Assembly (NCBI GenBank): GCA_028823995.1
Contig: JAPPFD010000009.1
Span: forward strand, 89,500 to 153,499
From: a bacterium
GTDB lineage: Bacteria > Actinomycetota > Acidimicrobiia > Spongiisociales > ZC4RG35
Direction: 5' to 3'
DNA length: 64,000 nt
The position numbers and the translations under genes are program-made. Shown piece after piece: positions 49,901 to 58,691 of this stretch (positions within the stretch are counted from its first letter, which is position 1; every line of letters begins with the position of its first letter). The notes below the pieces were generated by a model, which saw only the letters and a program-made list of their open reading frames with translations, was not told where the DNA came from and made no database searches.

Positions 49901-51337
49901 ATCGGACGGATAGCGTCCGGCCAGCATGTCCAGGGTGGCCAGGAACACCTCCCGGGAGAGGTCGGCGAAGGGAGCGGCCCGGCGCAGCATGAGGTACAGG
50001 TCGTCGACGCTGCGCTCGGAGGCGACCACCGCGGCGACGATCTGCTGGGCCGCCACGTCGATGGGATTGGCGGGGATTACGGTGCTCTCCACCTGTCCGT
50101 CCCGCATGCGCTGGGCGACCACCGTGGAGGTGAGCAGGTCCCCCCGGTACTTCGGGAACAGCTTGGCCCGGCTGGTCCCGCCGACCTGGTGTCCGGAGCG
50201 CCCCACCCGCTGGAGCCCGGAAGCCACGCTGGTGGGCGACTCGATCTGGATGACCAGGTCGACCGCCCCCATGTCGATGCCCAACTCCAGGGAAGATGTG
50301 GCCACCACCGCCCGGAGTTGTCCCCGCTTGAGGCCGTCCTCGATCTCCAGGCGGCGTCGCCGGGCCACCGATCCGTGATGGGCGCGGGCGATCTCCTCGG
50401 CGGCCAGGTTGTTCAACTCGGCGCACACTCGCTCGGCGAGTCGCCGGCTGTTGGTGAACACGATGGTGGAGGTGTGCTGTTGGATCAGGTCCAGCAATCG
50501 CCGGTAGATGGAGGGCCAGATGGACCGGGACCGGGTCTCCTCGCCTTCCTCCACCGGCTCGGGCTGGGTCATGTCGCGGCTGGGGACCACCAGTTCGAGC
50601 TCGAGCGGACGGCGATGGTCGGCGTCCACGATGGTCACCGGGCGGGGCCGGTGGGGCGCCTCGGGGCGCTCCACGCTCCCACCGCCCAGGAAGCGGGCGA
50701 TGGTCTCCAGGGGACGCTGGGTGGCCGACAGGCCGATCCGCTGGGGAGGGGCGTCGGCGGTCTCCTCCAATCGTTCCAGGGACACAGCCAGATGGGCCCC
50801 CCGCTTGGTGCCCGCCACGGCGTGCACCTCGTCGACTATCACCCACCGCACCGGCGCCAGCCGCTCCCGGGCGGCCGAGGTGAGCATCAAATAGAGCGAC
50901 TCGGGAGTGGTGATGAGGATGTCGGGCGGGCGACGCAGCATCTTCTGGCGATCGGATGCGGGCGTGTCGCCGGTCCGCATGAAGGTGGTGAGCACCGGAG
51001 GGGGTTCGGCGCCGATTCGAGCCGCGGCGTGCCGGATCCCGGCCAGGGGAGCTCGCAGGTTGCGTTCGATGTCGTAGGCAAGCGCCTTGAGCGGTGAGAT
51101 GTAGAGCAGGCGGCACCGGCCGCCGGTGGGCGGGAGGGGCTCGTCACACAGCCGGTCGAGGGTCCACAGGAAGGCGGCCAGGGTCTTCCCCGAGCCGGTG
51201 GGGGCGTGGATCAGGGTGTGGCTGCCAGAGGCGATGGCCGGCCAGCCCAGGGTCTGGGGGAGGGTCGGCGCCTCGAAGGTCGCCTCGAACCACGCCCGGG
51301 TGGCAGGAGCGAACTGCTGCAGACTGGAGTCTCCCAT
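46964..51337 (-). CDS. lhr: Lhr-like SF2 helicase (no C-terminal glycosylase domain)
   Basis: APTGSGKT, TTPES, DEVH, GLSAT, HHGS, QRVGRSGH and ATDPANPYG motifs. Confidence 0.95.
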   Translation of the reverse strand: MGDSSLQQFAPATRAWFEATFEAPTLPQTLGWPAIASGSHTLIHAPTGSGKTLAAFLWTLDRLCDEPLPPTGGRCRLLYISPLKALAYDIERNLRAPLAGIRHAAARIGAEPPPVLTTFMRTGDTPASDRQKMLRRPPDILITTPESLYLMLTSAARERLAPVRWVIVDEVHAVAGTKRGAHLAVSLERLEETADAPPQRIGLSATQRPLETIARFLGGGSVERPEAPHRPRPVTIVDADHRRPLELELVVPSRDMTQPEPVEEGEETRSRSIWPSIYRRLLDLIQQHTSTIVFTNSRRLAERVCAELNNLAAEEIARAHHGSVARRRRLEIEDGLKRGQLRAVVATSSLELGIDMGAVDLVIQIESPTSVASGLQRVGRSGHQVGGTSRAKLFPKYRGDLLTSTVVAQRMRDGQVESTVIPANPIDVAAQQIVAAVVASERSVDDLYLMLRRAAPFADLSREVFLATLDMLAGRYPSDLFAELRPRVVWDRMEDTVKPRSGARQLAVTNAGVIPDRGLYRVQLPDGSRVGELDEEMVYESRPGDVFLLGSSSWRIGEITHDRIEVTPAPGVPGQMPFWRGDTIGRSAETGLAIGRFLRETSALAPEEAERRLTEQVGLDRWAAENLVAYLEDQRTSGSALPDDRTVVVERFRDEIGDWRMVVLSPLGARIHAPWAMAAIGHLRSRYGIEIDAAWSDDGIIFRFPDADDPPSADDILLTPDQVSDLLMDHLSGTALFASRFREAAGRALLLPRRRPGYRTPLWLQRRRAADLLSVARRFDSFPIILETYREVLQDDFDLPYLRSLLTDLRSRKVRLVEVELLQASPFATSLMQAFLAGFLYETDGPAAERKAMAITLDRHLLSQLLGEGEIGELISPDVVASLELELQHLTEERRVRGADGVHDLLRRLGPLSRSDLDLRAHGAGAALEELRNTRRVIGVTVAARPVWAAVEDAARLRDALGCQLPPGVPAAFSEPVEDPLGDVVSRYARTHGPFPASQAAAALGLPTAVTEEVLSRLAGESRVIGGVFRAGGPPEWVDTEVLRRLKRRSLASLRRQVEPVDSVALARFLTAWHRVGDDPPGGPGSLLGTIAQIQGCPVPASMLESDILAARHSNPTPRLDQLLAEGRLIWVGRGSLGRRDGKVALYLRDRFSQLDPGGPEDPPDQPLHRAIREHLDRRGASFFAEILQAAGGEDLPDVVDALWDLVWAGLVTNDSLHALRAHLRARRSPTGRRRNMAFPPDTAGRWSLVPDVSGEGSLPATEHYAALGIQLLDRHGIVTRSVVAAEGIRGGFTGIYPVLARLEETGKSRRGYFIEGLGGAQFALAGAVDRLREESEPRLVVLAATDPANPYGAAIPWPKLPDVRFARAAGCYVALWNGELAAFLNHRRLTVRDLDDLTPETLAEGLAKLGSRHRRFRIDRINELPAGEHPLSAALQGEGFAVSLKGLGLPAKARRY

Positions 51338-51346
51338 TCTGAAGTC

Positions 51347-51368
51347 AGGGTAGAGGGCCTCGGTGACA
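51347..51368 (-). promoter_or_regulatory. PafBC-type promoter of lhr
   Basis: TGTCAC-N10-TACCCT, 9 nt before the ATG. Confidence 0.6.
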
Positions 51369-51417
51369 AATGGCCCGGGAGACTCCGGCAGGGGTCGCGG
51401 TTCTCTCCGGGGGAGAC

Positions 51418-52137
51418 CTAGTAGACCGAGAGCATCTCCAGGGCGTGTTCGGCTGTCTCGGTGGAGCAGTCCAGGCTGGTCTCCGACGGCGCCAGCCGTT
51501 GAACGGCCAGGCGGGCCCAGTCGGAGGCGCTTCCCTTGATCTGGTGGGGGGACTTCTCCTCCCCGAACACCCACTTGTAGTACTGGGGTCCGATCACCTC
51601 CACCCGGACCGGCGGGTTCTCCCCATTCTCCTGGAACTGGTGGGCCAGGGTGGCCCATCCCAGCCAGCAGATGTGGCGGATGCGGGTGGTGTCCTCGTAC
51701 TCGTCTCCCATGGCCTCGTAGATGTCAAGCCCGTAGGCCCAGGTGTCGGTCAACCGGTAAATGGCCACGGTCTGTGCCGCCACCTGGCCGCCCATCCAGG
51801 GTGTCAGCTGGGAGGGGGACATCTCCGAGAGGGGCTCGATCAGCCTGGCGCGGCCCTTTCTCCACCACTCGATGACGTCCTGAGGCCTTATTTCCCGACC
51901 CCTCCGCACTCCTTCCCAGTGCAGATCACCCGCCTCGCCCTCGCCGATGGGAAGCGCCTCTCCCACGACCGTCTGAGCGGTCAGTTCCTCGAAGTGGGCG
52001 AGATGGCTGACTATGTCCCGGATGTCCCAACCCTGGACGGCGGTGGGGGTGCCCCAGTCGCGCACCGGGATTTTCTGGAGATACTGATCCAGTGACTGCT
52101 GCTCGGCTACGAGGTCGGAGAGGATGGTGCGCACCAT
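51418..52137 (-). CDS. MDMPI/DinB-like metal-binding protein (TIGR03083/03084-like)
   Basis: WGTPTAVQGWDIRDIVSHL, RLTDTWAYGLD and GSASDW motifs. The usual metal histidines appear partly substituted. Confidence 0.8.
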   Translation of the reverse strand: MVRTILSDLVAEQQSLDQYLQKIPVRDWGTPTAVQGWDIRDIVSHLAHFEELTAQTVVGEALPIGEGEAGDLHWEGVRRGREIRPQDVIEWWRKGRARLIEPLSEMSPSQLTPWMGGQVAAQTVAIYRLTDTWAYGLDIYEAMGDEYEDTTRIRHICWLGWATLAHQFQENGENPPVRVEVIGPQYYKWVFGEEKSPHQIKGSASDWARLAVQRLAPSETSLDCSTETAEHALEMLSVY

Positions 52138-52147
52138 CCCCATTCTA

Positions 52148-53161
52148 TCAGGTTTTTGGGGTCGGCCTCCCAAAAGGCGGCCCGCTCGGACCTTGCCGGA
52201 CCACCGCTCGCCACACCGTCTCGTAGTGGTCGCGGTCGTGGGGGTCCACTCTGGGGAGCACCAACTCCTCCCAGGCTCGGCGGAGCGGATCGGGGTGCTC
52301 GGAGAAGATTCGCAAGCCGGTGGGCAGCCGGTCGAGGGCGCCTCGAAGGGACATGGGGGTCTCCACCCGGGTGTCGGCGTCGGTGGTCTCGAAGGACGCG
52401 TTTATGTCCACGGTGAGCCGGGCGATGGCGGTGACGAAGGTGTCGATCATCGCCGGATAGCGCCGCCGGAGCATTGCCTCCACCTGGGGGGCGGTCGGAA
52501 AGTTCTTCTCCCAGATCACCCAGCGGTCCGCGAAGGCCTTGTTGAGGGTCTGGGTGCCTGCGTAGTCCCTCAAGTCGGTGGGGTTCATGGTCCCGAATAT
52601 GCGAACGTCGTCCCGAAGCCGGATGGTCTCGCCGGTGGGGAGGTCCAGGGCGGCATAGCGATCGAGGAGTCCGTGCAGGGCAAAGAGCGTCTCGGCGCCC
52701 GCCGCGTTCAACTCCGACAGGTTGATGAGCGCCGGGCCGCGCAGCGCCCGGGTGATGTCCCCGTCCTCCCAGCGGCTCTCGGTGCCGCCCTTGCCGTCCC
52801 CGTGCAGCCGGGTGGAGCCGATCAGGGTGAGGTCCCGCACCTCCCCGGTCATGGGGACCCGGTAGTAGGGAAGTCCCAGCCGGGCGGCGAACTGCTCGAT
52901 GTCATGGTCCTTGCCGGTGCCCATGTGGCCGCGGACTGCGATGTGGAGGGAGACGTACCCCGGAGGGCGAAGGCGATGCACCCTCTCCAGCGCCGCGAAT
53001 CGATAGAGCATCCCGAGGTCCACGTAATAGGGGTCGGGCGCGGGGATCTTCCCCAGGCGCTGGGAGTAGTCCGGCAGGTCGGGCGCCACCGAGAAGGGAT
53101 CCAGGCTGATCTCCCGCTCGGGCTTGCCGGACGGATGGGCGAAGGTCGCCTTGGCGGTCAT
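52148..53161 (-). CDS. MoxR/CbbQ/NirQ-like AAA+ ATPase with atypical Walker motifs
   Basis: GHMGTGKD, WEDG, LINLSELN, GTMNP, YAGT and LNKAFADRW motifs. Confidence 0.88.
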   Translation of the reverse strand: MTAKATFAHPSGKPEREISLDPFSVAPDLPDYSQRLGKIPAPDPYYVDLGMLYRFAALERVHRLRPPGYVSLHIAVRGHMGTGKDHDIEQFAARLGLPYYRVPMTGEVRDLTLIGSTRLHGDGKGGTESRWEDGDITRALRGPALINLSELNAAGAETLFALHGLLDRYAALDLPTGETIRLRDDVRIFGTMNPTDLRDYAGTQTLNKAFADRWVIWEKNFPTAPQVEAMLRRRYPAMIDTFVTAIARLTVDINASFETTDADTRVETPMSLRGALDRLPTGLRIFSEHPDPLRRAWEELVLPRVDPHDRDHYETVWRAVVRQGPSGPPFGRPTPKT

Positions 53162-55203
53162 GCCGCGGGCGCCTTCAGGCTGTGAAGACTCCGGCGCAGG
53201 AGGTCCTTGGTCCCCTCGACCATCGCCCGGGCCAGTTCCCCGGGGTGGTGGACCACCTGATGGCGCGGGTAGGCGGCGGCCACCGTGTCGTCGCCGATCC
53301 CGATTCCCAGGACGGTGGCTCCCCCTCTCTCGACTGCGGAGACGGCATTGGCCAGGTTGCGGACCGACCCTCGGGTCATCCCATCGGCCAGCACCATCAA
53401 TAGGCGCGTCTGCGCGCCGTGTGCGGCCATTCTCTGGGCGGCGTGGATGACGTTGAGTTCGTCCACGTTTGCGGCTTTGTCGAACATGGAGACGGGCGGT
53501 GCGGTTCGGGGGTTTTTGCGGGCTTCCAAAGCGGCCTTACGGGGCGCGGAGGCAGTCCAGAGCATACCCGCCAGTATCTCCTCGGCGCTCGCCCATCGCT
53601 TGTCGAAGGGCTTGATCAGATAGTGGTTGACCGTGGTGGTGAGCCGCTCGGCGGATTCCCCGTGGCTGGCTCTCAGACCGGCCGTGGACTGGCTGAGAGA
53701 CCGGGTGTACGACCACTCGGTGTCCTGCTGGCGGGCCGCGAACGACCGGTTGAATATGCTGACCTCGAAGTCGATCTGCAGTTCGTTGCACAGCACCGCA
53801 ACGGTCCATGCGCCCAGCAGGGCGGCGGACATGCCCCATCCGCTTCCGGGCGGGCCGTAACGGCGGGCCTGCAGCATGGAGGCCGAGCCATCCACCAGAA
53901 CGCTTACCGCGTAGTGGCGCCGGGTCGGCAGGTGACGCCGCTCGTAGAGACGCTGGTAGAGGCCGGCGCCGATAAAGAGGGCCGAATAGGGGGAGATGTC
54001 TCCCTGGTCGAAGCCCGATCGGAGTCCCCGCCTCTGGTTGGCGGTGAAAAGGTGGAACAGTTCTCCCGACACCCGCCGGGGGACCACCCCCCACTTCTCC
54101 GCCGACCGACGGTATGCCTCGCGTCCCTGCTCGGCGAAGCGGGAGAAGGCGGCGGGAGCGGGGGAGATCAGGAGCCGACCGCTCTGGCCGGTGGGAAGGT
54201 GGATGAGGGGTGACGCTCCCACCCGCAGCAACTGGTCGGTGCTGGATTGGTCGGTTTCCCGGGAGAGCTGGGCCTCTCTCCCGGCGCCGTTCTCGGCGCC
54301 GACCGCTTCCAGGTAGGACTCGGCGTCGGCCACCGCCGGGCTGGGGAGGCGGACCATGTCGAGGGTCTCGGCCGCCTTTTCGGTGACTGCCTTCCCGGCG
54401 GAGGACTCGCGGGGAAGGGTGGGAGGAACCAGGCGTTGGTCCATGGCGATCCGCAGCATGGCGAGGGCTGTCTCTCCCACTTCCCAGGGGTCGTCGAGGC
54501 CGGGGACCCGGGACAGCAGTTGCGCCCCGTCCCGGAGGGCGTCTGCTGCGGGTCGGCTCACCAAGTCGGGCGGCCGCCGAGCGGAGAGAGCGCCGGCCGC
54601 CGCCAGGAAGCATCCGGCCACGAACTGGGATAGGTCGGGCTGGGACTCCAGGGCGGGGACCGCCGCTCGATAGAGGTCGTCGAGAATCGACCGGGCCCCC
54701 GGATAGTTGACCAGTCCCCTGTGTTCCTGGCGAGCGTCTTCAAGGGCGAAGAAGAACAGCAGGGCCAGTTCTCCGCCGGTCCGTTCGAGGGCGGCCAGCA
54801 GGTCCACCGGCTCGTCGGGGATGGGTGCGGGGCGGGCGGCCTCCTCCCCGAGCAGGCCGGACCAGTGCTCGGGGACGGGCCGTTTGTCCTCGAAGCGGCT
54901 GGAGAGAAGATGCACCACCTCGTGAAGGGCGGAGGCCACCGCCACCTCTTCGGGGGTGACCGGGGCGCGGCGCTGGTAGGCGTTCTGGAAGAGACGGGGG
55001 TCGCACACCACCTCGCCTGTGACGCGGTGGGAGTGGGAGCCCAGCCTGACCCGCAGCTCGGGGTCGCCCGAGAGGGTGCGGGCGAACCGGGTTATGGCGG
55101 GCGCCACCCGCTGGTAGCGGCTGACCACCTCTTCTATGGTGTTCTCCTCCGAGGAGAGGAGCCGGTGGAGGACGGTGGCCGAGCGGGCGGGCATAAGGGT
55201 CAC
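53158..55203 (-). CDS. vWA-domain protein with N-terminal HExxH (CobT/NorD-like architecture)
   Basis: LHEVVH and LEDARQE in the N-terminal region. MIDAS DGSAS...LADG. Overlaps the ATPase start (ATGA). Confidence 0.85.
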   Translation of the reverse strand: MTLMPARSATVLHRLLSSEENTIEEVVSRYQRVAPAITRFARTLSGDPELRVRLGSHSHRVTGEVVCDPRLFQNAYQRRAPVTPEEVAVASALHEVVHLLSSRFEDKRPVPEHWSGLLGEEAARPAPIPDEPVDLLAALERTGGELALLFFFALEDARQEHRGLVNYPGARSILDDLYRAAVPALESQPDLSQFVAGCFLAAAGALSARRPPDLVSRPAADALRDGAQLLSRVPGLDDPWEVGETALAMLRIAMDQRLVPPTLPRESSAGKAVTEKAAETLDMVRLPSPAVADAESYLEAVGAENGAGREAQLSRETDQSSTDQLLRVGASPLIHLPTGQSGRLLISPAPAAFSRFAEQGREAYRRSAEKWGVVPRRVSGELFHLFTANQRRGLRSGFDQGDISPYSALFIGAGLYQRLYERRHLPTRRHYAVSVLVDGSASMLQARRYGPPGSGWGMSAALLGAWTVAVLCNELQIDFEVSIFNRSFAARQQDTEWSYTRSLSQSTAGLRASHGESAERLTTTVNHYLIKPFDKRWASAEEILAGMLWTASAPRKAALEARKNPRTAPPVSMFDKAANVDELNVIHAAQRMAAHGAQTRLLMVLADGMTRGSVRNLANAVSAVERGGATVLGIGIGDDTVAAAYPRHQVVHHPGELARAMVEGTKDLLRRSLHSLKAPAA

Positions 55204-55240
55204 TTTATCCCTGATCGGTTCATCTACAATTTCGGCGGGT

Positions 55241-56494
55241 ATGACTCATTATCGTCTCTCCACTTTGGACAACGGCCTGCGGCTGATCACCGAGGAGATG
55301 CCCGCGCTCCGTTCGGTGTCGGTGGGGTGCTGGGTGGACACCGGCGCCCGCGACGAACGCGCCAACGAGGCCGGAGCATCCCACTTTCTCGAGCACCTGC
55401 TCTTCAAGGGCACAGACGAGCTTTCCGCTCGCCAGATCGCCGAGACCTTCGACGGGATGGGGGCGGAGTCGAATGCCTTCACATCCAAGGAGCAGACCTG
55501 TTACTGGGCGCGTTTGGTGGACGACGACCTGCCGGTGGGGTTGGGGCTCATCTCCGAGATGCTGCAGCGACCCGCATTCCGGCAGAGCGAGATCGACTCG
55601 GAGCGACAGGTGGTGTTCGAGGAGATCAACATGCGGGAGGATGACCCTCAGGACTCGGCCTTCGAGGCCTTCAGCCGTACTGTCCTCGACGGCCATGCGC
55701 TGGGACGCCCCGTTCTGGGCACCCGGGAGTCGATCGGGGAGATGACCCGGGCCGACCTGGAGGGCTATTGGAGGAGACGCTACGGTCCGCATTCGATGGT
55801 GGTGGCGTTAGCCGGTGCGGTGCGGCATTCGGAGGCCCTGGAGTTGGTTGAGGAACTGTTCGGGGAGTGGTCGGGAGGGGAGGTGGGCCATGACTTCTCT
55901 CCCAACGTGCCGTCCGCATCGGTCGGACTGGTGGAGCGGGACACCGAGCAGGCCCACCTGGTGCTGGGAGGCGCGGGGATAGACCGGACCGACGAGCGGC
56001 GGTGGGCGTTCGGCGTGCTCAACCTGGTGCTGGGCGGGGGAATGTCCTCGCGTCTGTTCACGAGCATTCGGGAGGAGCGGGGATTGGCCTACGCCATCTT
56101 CAGCTTCGGCCACTCCTATGCCGACTCGGGCGTGTGGGGCATCTATGCGGGAACCACCCCCCGGCAGACCGCCGAGGTGATGGAAGTCATCGACGGCCAG
56201 CTCTCCATGCTGATGGAGGACGGCATAACCGATGCCGAGTTGGAGAAGGCGCGGGGCGCGGCGCGGGGGGCCCTGGCGCTGGCGATGGAGGACTCCCAGA
56301 GCCGCATGGTCCATCTGGGCCGCGAGGAGATCTGCGGGCTGGAGCACCTTTCCATGGACGAGCGGCTGGAGAGGATCCTGGCGGTGGACCGGGCCGAGGT
56401 CACCGAGGTGGCCCGCCAGGTCTTCTCGGGTCCCAAGACCCTGGGAGTGGTGGGACCGTTCGCAGAGTCTGACCTGACCGGGTACGTGACGTGA
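55241..56494 (+). CDS. M16 family zinc peptidase
   Basis: HFLEHLLFKGT (HxxEH), NAFTSKE and GGGMSSRLF motifs. Confidence 0.95.
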   Translation: MTHYRLSTLDNGLRLITEEMPALRSVSVGCWVDTGARDERANEAGASHFLEHLLFKGTDELSARQIAETFDGMGAESNAFTSKEQTCYWARLVDDDLPVGLGLISEMLQRPAFRQSEIDSERQVVFEEINMREDDPQDSAFEAFSRTVLDGHALGRPVLGTRESIGEMTRADLEGYWRRRYGPHSMVVALAGAVRHSEALELVEELFGEWSGGEVGHDFSPNVPSASVGLVERDTEQAHLVLGGAGIDRTDERRWAFGVLNLVLGGGMSSRLFTSIREERGLAYAIFSFGHSYADSGVWGIYAGTTPRQTAEVMEVIDGQLSMLMEDGITDAELEKARGAARGALALAMEDSQSRMVHLGREEICGLEHLSMDERLERILAVDRAEVTEVARQVFSGPKTLGVVGPFAESDLTGYVT

Positions 56495-57252
56495 CCATCC
56501 GGGTCGGGGTGGCGGGAGCGCTGGGCCGGATGGGGTCATTGATCGCCGAGACGGTTGCAGAAGCGCCGGATGTGGAACTGGTGGCCGGCTACGACCTCTT
56601 CGAAGGAGAGGTGGCGGGGACGTCGGTCCAGGTGGATGCCGCATGCCTGGCTGACGCGGATGTGGTGGTCGACTTCACCAACCCCGAGGTGGTGATGGAC
56701 AACCTCGCTAAATACCGTGACATGGACTGCCACGCGGTGGTGGGCACCTCCGGCTTCACCGCCGAGCGGGTCGACTCGGTCCGCGGTCTGTGGGGAGAGG
56801 AGCGCACGGCCCGGTGTTTGATCGTTCCCAACTTCTCGATCGGGGCGGTGCTGATGATGCGCTTCGCGCGAGCCGCCGCCGGGTTCTTCGCAGCGTCCGA
56901 GGTGATCGAACTCCACCACGACCAGAAGGCCGACGCTCCCTCGGGTACGGCGGTGTCCACCGCGGTGGGGATGGCCGAGACCGGAGGTCAGTCCCGGCAA
57001 GTGTCGTCGGCTGAGCTTTACGCGGGTGCGTTGGGCGCCCGGGTGGAGGGCGTTCCGGTGCACTCGGTGCGGCTTCCCGGCCTGCTGGCTCACCAGGAGG
57101 TGCTGTTCGGGAATCCCGGCGAGATCCTCACCATCCGCCATGACTCAACCGACCGGGTTTCGTTCCTGCCCGGAGTGATGCTGGCCGTGCGGGGAGTGTC
57201 GGGACTGGAGAGCGGTGTCTCGGTAGGACTCGAGGTCTTGCTGGACGCTTAG
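56491..57252 (+). CDS. dapB: 4-hydroxy-tetrahydrodipicolinate reductase
   Basis: GALGRMG, VDFT, GTSG, PNFSIG and HHDQKADAPSGTA motifs. Confidence 0.96.
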   Translation: MTIRVGVAGALGRMGSLIAETVAEAPDVELVAGYDLFEGEVAGTSVQVDAACLADADVVVDFTNPEVVMDNLAKYRDMDCHAVVGTSGFTAERVDSVRGLWGEERTARCLIVPNFSIGAVLMMRFARAAAGFFAASEVIELHHDQKADAPSGTAVSTAVGMAETGGQSRQVSSAELYAGALGARVEGVPVHSVRLPGLLAHQEVLFGNPGEILTIRHDSTDRVSFLPGVMLAVRGVSGLESGVSVGLEVLLDA

Positions 57253-57354
57253 CCGCCCCGTTGCTAAGACACAGCCCAGGTCGGCGGGCGCAGGTACGCC
57301 GGGCAGGGCCACATGCCCATCGGGTACTGGACCTCCGCATCACCAAACGCCGGA

Positions 57355-58575
57355 TCATTTTCTTTGTTTGAAGGGGGTCCGACGGCGCCGTCGGATTGTC
57401 CGGTTGCGCCGGACGGTGGTTGGGCTGTTGTGTTTGAGTGGTGGTTTGAGGTGGTATTTGCCGGTTGGTGTTTTGCGTACTTGCCAGTGGTCGTCGTGGA
57501 CTTTGTGGTGGCAGCGTGAGCACAATAGACACATGTCGTCGAGGTCGGTGTTGCCTTGGACGGCCCAAGGGATGATGTGGTGGGATTGGCACCAGTTGGC
57601 GCTAGCGCCACATCCCACGCATGCTTTGTCCCGGGCTACGAGGGCGATGCGTTGGGCGGGGCTGGCGGCCCGTCGTGACCGTCCCAGGTCCAGGGGTTGT
57701 GACATGCCCCGGAAGATGGCGGGGAGGATGTCCGATTGGCAGGCCAGGTCCCGGATCTTCTCTATCGGGATGGGGGTCCCGTCACCGAGACGCCCGTTGC
57801 GAAGCTCCCGAGAGACCACGTCGTAGTCGGCGATCAACAACAGCCTGGGTCCGCGGGGAGGTTTTCCGTCTTCGCCGGTGTCTTCTCTGGTGACCAACTG
57901 TGCCAGGGCGTCGGCCATTCGCTGGCCCGGAGAGCACCTTGCGCGGGGGTCTTCCTCACGCCACAGTTCGTTCATCTTCTGCGACAACGCCGTTTCGATT
58001 AAGGCGCCGGTGATCGGGTCGAACCGACCGTACAAAACGGTCATGCCGTCTGTGCGGTCGGTGCGGATCTTGGCGAACCTACGTGACCGTTGATGCTCCA
58101 ACCGCGACATCCCGTCGTCTTCTGAGCGTTGCTGTTGGTACTTGCGGACCGTCCCGGCGAATTTGTCAGGCGACTGGGTTCGGGCCTTGCCCACCAACTC
58201 TGTTTCGTCTATCTCCCCCTCCTGGGAGGCCCTGGCCAGGATCCGGGCGTTCTCATAGGGGATCTCTCCATCCCGCATCCCCTCCGACGTCTTAGGCAAC
58301 TCCTCCAGTTCCACCGCGGTTTCTACTTCCGAGCGGGCCTTCCGGCGGGGTCGCAGACCCTTCTCCCGCAGGTTGTCCTCGGTGATGTGGACGCCTTCTC
58401 TGCGGGTCAACTCCGCCAGCGTCTCGGCACGCACCGCCGCGGCCTGGTTCTCCACCCGGAAAGTGGACTGCAACCGTACCCGGAGCTGATCCAGGGTTGC
58501 GTCGCCCACCGCCAGATTGGGCAGAACCGCCTCGATCTGGTTGATGACCCGACCGTCCATGACTGTCTTTTCCAT
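57355..58575 (-). CDS. DUF222-domain HNH endonuclease (13E12-like)
   Basis: GQRMADAL, LDLGRSRR, RDKACVGCGASANWCQSHHIIPW..G.TDLDDMCLLCSRCHHKVH. Basic C-terminal tail. Confidence 0.92.
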   Translation of the reverse strand: MEKTVMDGRVINQIEAVLPNLAVGDATLDQLRVRLQSTFRVENQAAAVRAETLAELTRREGVHITEDNLREKGLRPRRKARSEVETAVELEELPKTSEGMRDGEIPYENARILARASQEGEIDETELVGKARTQSPDKFAGTVRKYQQQRSEDDGMSRLEHQRSRRFAKIRTDRTDGMTVLYGRFDPITGALIETALSQKMNELWREEDPRARCSPGQRMADALAQLVTREDTGEDGKPPRGPRLLLIADYDVVSRELRNGRLGDGTPIPIEKIRDLACQSDILPAIFRGMSQPLDLGRSRRAASPAQRIALVARDKACVGCGASANWCQSHHIIPWAVQGNTDLDDMCLLCSRCHHKVHDDHWQVRKTPTGKYHLKPPLKHNSPTTVRRNRTIRRRRRTPFKQRK

Positions 58576-58582
58576 GTGTACC

Positions 58583-58604
58583 AGTATGCCAAGGGGGTGT
58601 GACA
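58583..58604 (-). promoter_or_regulatory. PafBC-type promoter of the HNH gene (leaderless)
   Basis: TGTCAC-N10-CATACT, 7 nt before ATG 58575. Confidence 0.6.
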
Positions 58605-58691
58605 AAACACTGCTATATATCACCAAAATGGGAAAACAAACACGAATGTTCTTGGCGGTCCTCCCGTGAACCACCACCCGACTACCGGAGA

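Noticed and set aside
57259-57272. Imperfect inverted repeat with 58940-58956 as terminal IRs of the HNH cassette
   Set aside because: Short, needs a 3-nt gap, and no target-site duplication is evident.
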